Origin: Candidatus Hikarchaeia archaeon HikBin5
GTDB lineage: Archaea > Halobacteriota > Halobacteria > Halobacteriales > Hikarchaeaceae
Reading direction: 5' to 3'
NCBI GenBank assembly: GCA_009889625.1
Contig: WTZU01000001.1
Location: 14,574-78,573 of the forward strand
Length of the DNA stretch: 64,000 bases
A program made the position numbers and the translations under genes. The notes under the pieces were generated by a model that was not told the origin of the DNA, searched no databases, and saw nothing but the letters and a program-made list of their open reading frames with translations. Shown here one piece after another: positions 27,508 to 36,051 of the stretch; the stretch's first letter is position 1; each line of letters opens with the position of its first letter.

Positions 27508-28815
27508 TATCAAAATACCTGCCCCAACTGCGCCTATTACTGCACTAATGGCACCAATTATTGTGGCCATCATATTTACACTTTCATTGCTCATCCACTT
27601 CCCTTCGAAACACGCTCCAGCAATACTATCTCCCACCATTCCAATAATACCTGCAACTCCAATAACAACCACCCCACTCATGTCCATCTGTAAAAGTAAA
27701 CTCGCCAAGATACCTATAAGAATTGCTCCACCAACACCTGCCAATGTACCTTGAAGGGTGACTCCCCCATCTGTACCCCCTTCGACCTCGATAAAAGTAG
27801 TTATCATCCGTGCCTTCCCATAGACTATTCCAATCTCACTTGATATTGTATCACTCATTGCCGCAGCTATTGCTCCTGTAAAAGCAAACATAAACACTTC
27901 TTGACTCAACCATCCTATTTTTATGTCTATAGAAAAACAAATCACACATATCACCGCAACCACTGCATTCGCGAACACATTTTTCGCTTCCCTTGCACCT
28001 CTATTGGATTCTGCAATGCCTTTCTTTAGTTTCTCTTCATATTTCCATCGTGACACTATGCTCCCTCCTATGAAAAACGAAAGTATCACCGCGAACCAAT
28101 CAAAACCCCCATAAATAATAATAACTATTGAGAATATGATTCCCATTAGCATCCCTGTTATCGATGCAGATTTCACTTTCCAGGAGATATATCCCAATCC
28201 TCCTGCAATTCCAATTCCTATCATTAACTTCTGGGGTATTATGGATAAATATACGGGGGGTGGAATTGATAAAATCCAAAGTATAAAAGCAACAATTAGT
28301 ATGGAAACCATTTTATTTTTGCCCACACTGTACTCTCGAAATAAAGCCAAAATTAATCCTCCCATTATTGCAAAAAAAACAATTCTTGAGGTTCCTATTT
28401 GGGTCCTATTCCACATGACTAAGATCTGACTAAAAACTCCTAGGAACCATGCCCCTGTGACAAAACCCATCACTTCTTGCATGGGAGATATATCTCTTAC
28501 CAACATCACCTTTTCAATGATGTATGTGTAACCCACTAGCATTGACGAAATCACAAATATATTTATTGGCATTTCAAAGAATGTCACTAATAATGTTAGC
28601 AGGATCATTCCCATAGAAAATTCCACTATTCTATTTGCCTCATTCGTCCCCTCTATACTCTCAAAAAAAGATCCCCTTTCTGTAGCGTAATTCATTAAAA
28701 TTATAACCAAAGCCAATGGGACTATTATTATTATTACCTCTTCTGTTAGGGCCCCTACTAATGCTAAACTTGCCAACACGGAAAATGCCCATTCCCTCTC
28801 TACTTCTTCTTGCAC
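27502..28815 (-). CDS. Polytopic membrane protein: C-terminal DUF92 (TMEM19/VTE6, COG1836) domain fused to an uncharacterised N-terminal multi-TM region of about 190 aa
   Basis: 437 aa. The DUF92 region contains SRWKYEEKLKKGIAESNRGAREAKNVFANAVVA...AAMSDTISSEIG...GGVTLQGT. Confidence 0.65.
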   Translation of the reverse strand: MQEEVEREWAFSVLASLALVGALTEEVIIIIVPLALVIILMNYATERGSFFESIEGTNEANRIVEFSMGMILLTLLVTFFEMPINIFVISSMLVGYTYIIEKVMLVRDISPMQEVMGFVTGAWFLGVFSQILVMWNRTQIGTSRIVFFAIMGGLILALFREYSVGKNKMVSILIVAFILWILSIPPPVYLSIIPQKLMIGIGIAGGLGYISWKVKSASITGMLMGIIFSIVIIIYGGFDWFAVILSFFIGGSIVSRWKYEEKLKKGIAESNRGAREAKNVFANAVVAVICVICFSIDIKIGWLSQEVFMFAFTGAIAAAMSDTISSEIGIVYGKARMITTFIEVEGGTDGGVTLQGTLAGVGGAILIGILASLLLQMDMSGVVVIGVAGIIGMVGDSIAGACFEGKWMSNESVNMMATIIGAISAVIGAVGAGILIL

Positions 28816-28966
28816 GCCAAATATTATATTCTCACTGATTATTTAGAGTTTCTATAATAAAACCCAATGCACCAAAAAAACATAGACAAGTCTCCATTTC
28901 CTAATAGAATATCTCATCCCCCGCCAGAACCGAGGCATTTTCCCCTTCAGAAACCTGATTTTTCAT

Positions 28967-29575
28967 GTGGGACTATATGACCAATATCTGAGCTTCAGAA
29001 TATCCAATTCACAACAAATATTGCCCAGACATGTGGTTCTAGTTATAACTGAAAGAGATTTACTTATTAATCAGTCTTATTCCATACTTGAAAAATTCTT
29101 TAAATGGGCATTCGAATATGGGGCAGGAATAGTCTCCGTCTATGTCAGTGTTCTTGATTCTTCTATCATCTCTACTATAGACCGAGAGCTGTCCCTGCTC
29201 CAAACACCATATGAAATCACTATATGCAAACCAACTGATTTCTCACGTGCAGAAACTCCTATTAGAATTGGCATAGGCTTGGGGGGAAAATATGAATTCC
29301 TCGAAGCTGTGAAATCTATTTGTAATGATGTTGACATTGGAAGTCTTTCTCCTGATCAAATTTCAAAAAAAATAATAGAAGATCGATTGGTATTCCCCGC
29401 AGAACCAGATTTAATCATCAAAACCGGAGGGGAACGCCTATCTGATTTCATGATTTGGCAGTCTGTCTACTCTGAGCTCTATTTCACCGACATAAATTGG
29501 AGAGATTTCCGCAAGCGAGATTATCTCCGGGCACTTCGAGATTATTCCTCCCGAAAACGTAGATTTGGAGAATAA
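28967..29575 (+). CDS. Degenerate cis-prenyltransferase (UPPS-family) paralogue. The N-terminal catalytic motifs are lost and the C-terminal RxG motif is retained
   Basis: 202 aa with a GTG start. The C-terminus is PDLIIKTGGERLSDFMIWQSVYSELYFTDINWRDF...SSRKRRFGE, close to canonical UPPS. The DGNRRWA position reads HVVLVITERDLL and the FSxENxxR position reads YVSVLDSSII. Confidence 0.7.
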   Translation: MGLYDQYLSFRISNSQQILPRHVVLVITERDLLINQSYSILEKFFKWAFEYGAGIVSVYVSVLDSSIISTIDRELSLLQTPYEITICKPTDFSRAETPIRIGIGLGGKYEFLEAVKSICNDVDIGSLSPDQISKKIIEDRLVFPAEPDLIIKTGGERLSDFMIWQSVYSELYFTDINWRDFRKRDYLRALRDYSSRKRRFGE

Positions 29576-29583
29576 CTTAATTT

Positions 29584-30543
29584 TTATCGGTAGTTTTCGA
29601 CCGTACTCACGTGATTTCTACTTTCATGGTCAACTTCATTCACCATCTCTTCCAATATTTTTTCAGGGATATATTGGCGCAATCGCTTCCCGACCCTCTT
29701 CACATCTTCCACTTCTGCCTTTTTGATAACTTTCATAATTGCCATCGCCCTCTCTGTACGGGTTGTTCGCCACGTGTGTTCTCTATGCTCATATGTTCTA
29801 ATGCCCCTTAAAAAATCAATTTTTGAAAAACTAGGCCAATATGGGCTACAAAAAAACACTGCAGCTTCATTTCCATTTGCATGCCATGGTAGGAAATTAG
29901 AAGTTCTAACTTCCCCTCCCGTCCTGATTATCAAATCCACATCTCTGATATATCGATTTGATAATTTGGATTCTATCATCTTACTATCTATCGCTCCAAC
30001 TTCTATTTTTTTCGCCCTGATCTCTTCTGCTATTTCTATTGCAGCGTCTAGCATTTCATCTCTACCTCCATATGCCAATGCAATATTGAGCTTAAATTTA
30101 CTATTTTCTATAGTCTTCTTCTCTATGTCTCTAGCCGCTTTCCTCACCCGGGCGGGAACTCTTTCTAGTTGACCAATTATTCTAACTTGGACGTCCTCTA
30201 AATCCTCACTTTCCATTTCTACAAATTGTTTTAATTTCGATTCCATCAAGTCGAACAATTCATTTCGTTCTTCTTCCGATCTGTCAAAGTTCTCAGTTGA
30301 AAATGTGTATAATGTTAATTCTTTCGCCCCGATTTCTTTACACCATTGAAGGACATGTTCCGTGATTTTTGCCCCCTCAATGTGCCCTTCTTCCCTTTCA
30401 ATTCCAAACCTTTTGGCATATCTCCGATTCCCGTCCTGTATAATTGCTATATGCTTTGGCGGATTTTTTATTTCACTCTGTAAAAGGCCTTCATAAAATC
30501 TCTCTAATTTCCTCCTCACAATCGAAAGCATAATTCTACACAT
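29584..30543 (-). CDS. uppS: cis-Prenyltransferase (undecaprenyl/polyprenyl diphosphate synthase family), catalytic-type
   Basis: 319 aa. Contains HIAIIQDGNRRYA, LYTFSTENFDRS and DLIIRTGGEVRTSNF. The C-terminus is diverged, lacks an RxG motif and carries an extra tail of about 60 aa. An alternative start at 30531 (MLSIV) fits a TATA-like box near 30551-30562. Confidence 0.88.
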   Translation of the reverse strand: MCRIMLSIVRRKLERFYEGLLQSEIKNPPKHIAIIQDGNRRYAKRFGIEREEGHIEGAKITEHVLQWCKEIGAKELTLYTFSTENFDRSEEERNELFDLMESKLKQFVEMESEDLEDVQVRIIGQLERVPARVRKAARDIEKKTIENSKFKLNIALAYGGRDEMLDAAIEIAEEIRAKKIEVGAIDSKMIESKLSNRYIRDVDLIIRTGGEVRTSNFLPWHANGNEAAVFFCSPYWPSFSKIDFLRGIRTYEHREHTWRTTRTERAMAIMKVIKKAEVEDVKRVGKRLRQYIPEKILEEMVNEVDHESRNHVSTVENYR

Positions 30544-30591
30544 TTCAACAAAATTTTTAAGTAGTTAACCTCTCCCATCGATAACCAACCG

Positions 30592-30600
30592 TTTTTATAT
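30592..30600 (+). promoter_or_regulatory. TATA-like box upstream of aIF5A
   Basis: TTTTTATAT is centred about 26 nt upstream of the ATG at 30623, the spacing expected for a leaderless archaeal transcript. Confidence 0.4.
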
Positions 30601-30622
30601 GTAACTTGCCTTCAAATTCTAT

Positions 30623-31006
30623 ATGGTTAAAGAGCAACGTGAAGTTCGAGACATCCAGAAAGGATCATATTTGATTATGGATGATGCACCTTGCCTCATA
30701 ACTGCCTACAGCACCGCAAAGCCAGGCAAACATGGGAGTGCTAAAGCTAGAATTGAGGGCAAAGGTGTATTTGACAATAAAAAAAGAAGTTTATCTCAAC
30801 CAGTAGATGCAAAAATATGGGTTCCCATTATTGAACGGAAACAAGGACAAGTTATCAACCTAGAGGGGAACAATGTTGCCCAAATAATGGATCTAACTTC
30901 CTATGAATCGTTTTCATTAGAAATCCCAAGTGAACTCAATATCTCTGGTGAGAGTGAGATAGAATATCTAGAATATGATAGTCAACGAAAGGTTGTCGTA
31001 AAGTAA
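30623..31006 (+). CDS. eif5a: Translation initiation factor 5A
   Basis: 127 aa. Hypusination loop is [19 protein letters not shown]. Confidence 0.95.
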   Translation: MVKEQREVRDIQKGSYLIMDDAPCLITAYSTAKPGKHGSAKARIEGKGVFDNKKRSLSQPVDAKIWVPIIERKQGQVINLEGNNVAQIMDLTSYESFSLEIPSELNISGESEIEYLEYDSQRKVVVK

Positions 31007-31818
31007 TGCTATTCTCCGGGGCAATAGCCTCCAGAAATGAAGCTTCATATACTCTTTTTGGAGCTCCCTTTGATTTTTCCACTACTTTTATCCCTGGCAC
31101 ACGATTCGGACCAAATCAACTCCGGAAATATTCTTCACACTTCGAGGATTATGATCCCCGTACAAATACATACTTTTCCGAATTACTAGTTCACGATTTT
31201 GGAGATGTGATCCCTGAATCTTCTCATCTGCCCACTTATCTTGATTACCTAGGTGGGTTTGTGACCGAAGCAATCGAAGATGGAGTTTTGCCTATTATCT
31301 TGGGGGGAGAACACACGGTGAATATGGCTTCTATCCGCGCATTAAAACCTGACACGTATGTGTGTCTAGATGCCCATCTTGATCTTCGAAATTCTTATCA
31401 GGACAATTCGTGGAGTCATGCCACTTCTACCATGCACGCACTCAATATAGTCGACCACGCAATTATTATCGGAGCAAGGTCTGGCTCCGAAAGCGAATGG
31501 GAACGTACTCTTAAAAGCGATGTCACTGTGATCCCCCCTGAAGCTGTTTCTAGTTGGGAACCTGACTTTACTGGATCTGTCTATTTTAGTATTGACATAG
31601 ATGCGGCAGACCATAGTATCGCTCCTGGAACTGGCACTCCCGAACCTTTTGGTTTAACCGCAAGAGAACTACTCCAAATTGTTCATTTGGTTTCTCCTCA
31701 CGCAATCGGATTTGATATTGTTGAGGTCAACGATAGGGATTCAGGTCAAGCCGCAATACTTGGAGCAAAACTCATCCGGGAGTTCGTACATTCTCATAAA
31801 TACAACAAATCTTTGTGA
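31006..31818 (+). CDS. speB: Agmatinase / ureohydrolase family enzyme
   Basis: 270 aa. The Mn-ligand motifs GGEHTV, LDAHLDL and SIDIDAADHSIAPGTGTPEP are intact. Its ATG overlaps the aIF5A stop (TAATG). Confidence 0.88.
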   Translation: MLFSGAIASRNEASYTLFGAPFDFSTTFIPGTRFGPNQLRKYSSHFEDYDPRTNTYFSELLVHDFGDVIPESSHLPTYLDYLGGFVTEAIEDGVLPIILGGEHTVNMASIRALKPDTYVCLDAHLDLRNSYQDNSWSHATSTMHALNIVDHAIIIGARSGSESEWERTLKSDVTVIPPEAVSSWEPDFTGSVYFSIDIDAADHSIAPGTGTPEPFGLTARELLQIVHLVSPHAIGFDIVEVNDRDSGQAAILGAKLIREFVHSHKYNKSL

Positions 31819-31900
31819 CATACTGTCTCAAATTCTCCAAATATAGGCAGACCTCAATTTCAAAAACAATCCAAAAAGTCTTACCATTTGAAGGTAACTC

Positions 31901-32866
31901 TTGTTCATGGATGCTATTGTTCTTGCAGGTGGATATGCCACAAGATTGTGGCCAATAACTCAACACAGGCCAAAAATGCTACTGCCTGTGGGGCCTTCTA
32001 CAGTCATCGACAGAATATTCCAAGAACTTGAACAAGAATCTCGCATTGATAATGTCTATGTCAGCACAAACGAACTATTCGCAGAAGATTTCACAAACCA
32101 TTTAGAAAATATCTCTTTTTCAAAACCAAAATTAACTGTAGAAGACAGTTCTACAGAAGAAGATAAATTCGGAGTCATTGGTGCACTTGGACAACTTATA
32201 GATAGGGAAAAAATCCAAGATGATTTGTTGGTGATAGCTGGAGATAATCTGATAAGTTTCTCTATAAGTGATTTTTTGGATTTCTTTGAATCCAAAAGTG
32301 AAGTTTGCCTAGCAGCATACGATGTTGGAAATAAAGAACTTGCAAAATCCTATGGGGTGCTTGAAGTAAATGAAGAACAAGTAGTAGGATTTGAGGAAAA
32401 ACCATCCGATCCTCAGAGTAGTTTTGTTTCTATTGCTTGTTACGCTTTCCCTGCAAGTACTTTATCTCTATTTCACTCTTATCTTTCTGATGGAAACAAT
32501 CCTGATGAACCTGGTTGGTTTCTTCAGTGGCTTTATCCAACCCATCCTGTTTATTCGTTTTCGTTTGATGGAGCTTGGTTTGATATTGGCACTCCTGAAA
32601 GTTATCTAGGGGCTGCATCTTGGGCTTTGGATGGCGGAACTCTCATACACCCAAGTGCAACTCTTTCTGGAACTACTCTGGGTACTAATGTTCATATAAT
32701 GGCTGGCGCAACGATAACCAATTCCCACCTAGAAAATTCTGTTGTTTTCCCAAATGCGGTGGTTGAATCTTGCCATTTACGAGATTCTATTATTGATGAG
32801 GCAACTCAAATAAGAAACATCGATCTTTCTGGGGCATTAATTGGCGCCCATACTCAAATAGGTTGA
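31901..32866 (+). CDS. Sugar-1-phosphate nucleotidyltransferase with a C-terminal left-handed beta-helix
   Basis: Contains MDAIVLAGGYATRLWPITQHRPKMLLPV. The C-terminal part has hexapeptide-like repeats. Sugar and nucleotide specificity cannot be determined from the sequence. Confidence 0.8.
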   Translation: MFMDAIVLAGGYATRLWPITQHRPKMLLPVGPSTVIDRIFQELEQESRIDNVYVSTNELFAEDFTNHLENISFSKPKLTVEDSSTEEDKFGVIGALGQLIDREKIQDDLLVIAGDNLISFSISDFLDFFESKSEVCLAAYDVGNKELAKSYGVLEVNEEQVVGFEEKPSDPQSSFVSIACYAFPASTLSLFHSYLSDGNNPDEPGWFLQWLYPTHPVYSFSFDGAWFDIGTPESYLGAASWALDGGTLIHPSATLSGTTLGTNVHIMAGATITNSHLENSVVFPNAVVESCHLRDSIIDEATQIRNIDLSGALIGAHTQIG

Positions 32867-32880
32867 TTCTATCTATATTA

Positions 32881-33591
32881 TCAAATCAACCAGGCATTTT
32901 TTACTCTTATCTCCCCCCAATTTGAGTCCCAGTAAATATCATATTCTATCTCTATCTCCCGATTCATATGCGGACCGTTGGTCACTATTGTTTCATATTC
33001 TCCACCCTCTCCTAAAATGTGAACTCCATATTTTTCATTAAGAGCTTCTAGTTCTCCAATGACAATCTTATCTACCTTCTTCCCCAACCATGATGAATCA
33101 ATTCCTCTTGCCGCAACACCGACTATCATAATTTCAAAATCATTCTCGACCATTTCATTGATTGTGAACAATGGATCTGATTTCCATAATGGCGCATACA
33201 ATTTTATGTTTAATTCATCACATATCCTTTGAATTCTACTCCTCTGATATTCGCTCTCCACTGCACCTGCTATAATCCCCTCTAGTTGAATTTCATCATC
33301 CATTTTCATCAAGACATCTCTAATATATTTTGCCTCTCTATCTCCCTGTTCACTTGAATCTATATCTTCTTCAATTTCAAATTTAGGTTCGATTTCTATG
33401 AGTTTGATCCCAATACTCTCTGCTGCCAAAGGAACCACTTGAGTCGCTGGGACGTGATACATATACGATCCTGGTGGTGGATGAACGGTCAACAAATATT
33501 GAACATCAAATCCATTTTTAATAGCCTGGTATAGGGACCAATTAGAATCTTTCCCCCCTGAAAACAGACTTATCCATTTGCCTTTGTTCAT
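32881..33591 (-). CDS. dph6: Diphthine-ammonia ligase-type PP-loop ATPase (Dph6 / MJ0570 family)
   Basis: 236 aa. Has the PP-loop ISLFSGGKDS and the family-typical C-terminal LGEGGEYET. Confidence 0.8.
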   Translation of the reverse strand: MNKGKWISLFSGGKDSNWSLYQAIKNGFDVQYLLTVHPPPGSYMYHVPATQVVPLAAESIGIKLIEIEPKFEIEEDIDSSEQGDREAKYIRDVLMKMDDEIQLEGIIAGAVESEYQRSRIQRICDELNIKLYAPLWKSDPLFTINEMVENDFEIMIVGVAARGIDSSWLGKKVDKIVIGELEALNEKYGVHILGEGGEYETIVTNGPHMNREIEIEYDIYWDSNWGEIRVKNAWLI

Positions 33592-33604
33592 TTTATTAAT
33601 AGGT

Positions 33605-34744
33605 CTATTTAGTATTCATCTGAATTTCTCTTATTCTAGGTGCAATTTTAATCCCAATAACACTAATTATAACTCCCATCCCTACAAACATGGCCAAATG
33701 CTCTTCAGACGTCCACAATAGGGGTCCTATCTGGATTAAACCTAATATGCTCGTACTTCCCAAACCAATCCCTCCGATAACGCCTTGTTCCTGTAAAAAA
33801 TACGATGAAAATCCCCTCACTACAATTGCGGTCGAAACTATTCCAAATATTAAATTTATATGCGCAGTTTGAACTTCCTTATTTATTATCACTCTATCCA
33901 ATGCTTTACCCAATCCCATCACTAGACCTCCCAATGCTATTCCTGGTATGCTATAATGCACAAACCCCATCAATGAGACCACCGATACGCCCCCATCCAC
34001 CGATGTAGGTGCATTTGCTATCCCTATGAAAAAACCTATTAGAATCAGACCTATGGCGACCACGTATGTCACCACCGATACCCTTCCCGAATATAGATTC
34101 TCACTAATTCTGACAGGCAAGATTGAAATATAATCATCAATATCGAGGGCCTTGTATAATATGAACATGCCCAGGACCGCTGTAATAATGGCAAATGTAG
34201 TTCTTATATCTACCAAGTATGAAAGAATTGGAAGAATCGTTAGCACTACACCCATGGGTACTAATACGGTCGACCGTAATTCATCATCTGCCAAAAAACG
34301 TTTGACTAAATAATATTTCGATTCCAAATCGTGAATTTGTCTAACGATTACTCTGTCCACTGCATCTATTCTAATCCGACTTTCTATTATTGGGATCAAT
34401 CTTTCTTCTTCGATTGACCCTATAACCAAAATAGCAGAATCTGGTTTCAATTCCTCTATTACCAAATCCATTTGTCTAGCCAACGATTCATCTGAATCCA
34501 CTATTCTGGAACCAGTCCTCCCCGAAACCATTGCAATTTCTACATTTTCTCCTACACTTTTCAATTCTTTTGATACTTTGAGAGCTTCCAACAAACAATT
34601 AACCTGGCTATTCTCTGGATCTTCCATTCCTATAACTGACACAAGTGATTCTATTTCTTCCTCTCCTGTGACATATCCTATATTTTCCAAGCCATCTCTG
34701 CCACTGGCATCATTTATCCGCAAACATACTACTAATACACTCAT
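33605..34744 (-). CDS. DUF373-family integral membrane protein
   Basis: 379 aa. A soluble N-terminal domain of about 150 aa is followed by about 7 TM helices. This architecture, and the N-terminal VLVVCLRINDASGRDG...EDPENSQVN, are as I recall for archaeal DUF373. Confidence 0.6.
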   Translation of the reverse strand: MSVLVVCLRINDASGRDGLENIGYVTGEEEIESLVSVIGMEDPENSQVNCLLEALKVSKELKSVGENVEIAMVSGRTGSRIVDSDESLARQMDLVIEELKPDSAILVIGSIEEERLIPIIESRIRIDAVDRVIVRQIHDLESKYYLVKRFLADDELRSTVLVPMGVVLTILPILSYLVDIRTTFAIITAVLGMFILYKALDIDDYISILPVRISENLYSGRVSVVTYVVAIGLILIGFFIGIANAPTSVDGGVSVVSLMGFVHYSIPGIALGGLVMGLGKALDRVIINKEVQTAHINLIFGIVSTAIVVRGFSSYFLQEQGVIGGIGLGSTSILGLIQIGPLLWTSEEHLAMFVGMGVIISVIGIKIAPRIREIQMNTK

Positions 34745-34828
34745 TTTCCACCCTAATAAGGAACTTACTACTGCAAATGTGTTTTGTTGTTTCTAATCTT
34801 TGCTCCTTCTTCTTTGTAATTTTATAAT

Positions 34829-35881
34829 TTAGAGCAATCCTGCCTTTTGCAATTTCATCAAATCTTCTGTTCCAAGAGCTTGTCCCTTTTTGAATCTCTC
34901 GTATATTTCTTCTCCTTCTCTCTTTGCTTCTTCCCTTGCGGCCTCTTTCACTGTTTGACGAGAAGAATCTTCTGTCTTGTCCAACTTCCTTAATTTCTTT
35001 TGAACTTTGATAAACCATTCATGGTGCGTATCTGCCAACTCTTGTGCGCGGATAAATTTTGCATGAATCTCATCTGCTTCATTTCTAATCTGATCTGCCA
35101 ATCTATAAGATTCAATCATTTGGTTATGTTCCACTTGGGCTTCATCTGCCAGCCTTATCATTTCCCTGTGCAGTGCAGATGCCTTCCCTCTAAATTGATC
35201 TGCTTCTCTCTTCTTTTCTCCCTCCACTTGATCTACTTCCATCTGCTTCTTTTTCTCAGAATATTTATCTTTTAAATCTGCAATTTTATCAATCAATTTT
35301 CTTTCCTTTCCCCCTGTCAACACTTCTGTCTGCTGCCTAAATTCAAGACTTTGGATCTCCTTTTCCAATGCCTCAAGGGATTTTTCTTTTTTATCTCTGG
35401 GATCTTTCTTTTTCTCCCCTCCTATACCTTTGAATAACTCACTAGCTTTCGCATTCATTTCATCCCTTTCATCTTTTGTAGATTGAACTAGCCCATTTAG
35501 TTCATCCCGCCGTTCCCGATGAGAATGTGCTTCATCTACTTTCTCTCTAGTCTCTTGATTAAACCGGTCACGAAGAGTAGCTCTCCGGGACGCCTCTTGA
35601 TTCAATTCGTTCCTTCTATCCCTGAGTTCACCCGCAGATTTGATTAATTGAGATTTTGATTTTTGTTCTATGTCTTCTTCCGTGATTTCTATATTCTTAC
35701 TATGATCAAGCTTCTCTAATTCTATCTTTTCTACTTCTTCTTCAGGCTCAGCCACTTCTACTTCTTCTTCAGGCTCAGCCACTTCTACTTCTTCTTCAGG
35801 CTCAGCCACTTCTACTTCTGCGATTTTTTCATTCTCTGTACTTTCTTTAGTTTCTTTCACCGGTTCCATTTTTAATTTCAC
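34829..35881 (-). CDS. Archaeal coiled-coil protein (COG1340-like) with an N-terminal acidic tandem repeat
   Basis: 350 aa with long heptad-like K/E/R-rich helices. The N-terminus carries (VEVAEPEEE)x3. GTG start at 35881; an alternative ATG lies at 35869. Confidence 0.7.
   Translation of the reverse strand: MKLKMEPVKETKESTENEKIAEVEVAEPEEEVEVAEPEEEVEVAEPEEEVEKIELEKLDHSKNIEITEEDIEQKSKSQLIKSAGELRDRRNELNQEASRRATLRDRFNQETREKVDEAHSHRERRDELNGLVQSTKDERDEMNAKASELFKGIGGEKKKDPRDKKEKSLEALEKEIQSLEFRQQTEVLTGGKERKLIDKIADLKDKYSEKKKQMEVDQVEGEKKREADQFRGKASALHREMIRLADEAQVEHNQMIESYRLADQIRNEADEIHAKFIRAQELADTHHEWFIKVQKKLRKLDKTEDSSRQTVKEAAREEAKREGEEIYERFKKGQALGTEDLMKLQKAGLL
35734..35814. repeat. Perfect 3 x 27-bp direct tandem repeat inside the coiled-coil gene
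   Basis: The unit CTTCTTCTTCAGGCTCAGCCACTTCTA occurs at 35734-35760, 35761-35787 and 35788-35814 without mismatch, with partial copies on both flanks. It is in frame (9 codons) and encodes VEVAEPEEE on the minus strand. Confidence 0.95.
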
Positions 35882-35921
35882 CTTCTATACACTAACACTA
35901 CTCCTAAACTCTGCATAAAAT

Positions 35922-35937
35922 GGGGTTACGTAACCCC
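35922..35937. promoter_or_regulatory. Perfect 16-bp palindrome GGGGTTACGTAACCCC abutting a TATA-like box (candidate transcription-factor operator)
   Basis: Lies in the 170-nt divergent intergenic region. On the minus strand it is followed one base later by TTTTATGC (35913-35920), about 35 nt upstream of the GTG at 35881. It therefore occupies the BRE-proximal position of the coiled-coil gene promoter. Confidence 0.4.
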
Positions 35938-36051
35938 CCGATAATGGTTCATTTTGCTTTTCTATTCGTAATGCAGTACTCTAACGACTTGGGCTAATTT
36001 TTCTATGGATTTAATAGTTTCGAGAATAGAATCTTTACCTCTTTCTTATTT

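Noticed and set aside
34710-35018. 102-aa minus-strand ORF rich in K/R/E that overlaps the 3' end of the coiled-coil gene.
   Set aside because: It is an alternative frame of a GAA/AAG-rich coding region. The in-frame 350-aa coiled-coil ORF explains the sequence, so this is a frame artefact.
35734-35814. Possibility that the 27-bp tandem repeat is a small CRISPR array.
   Set aside because: The copies are directly adjacent with no spacers, lie in frame inside a CDS, and no cas genes are present anywhere in the window.
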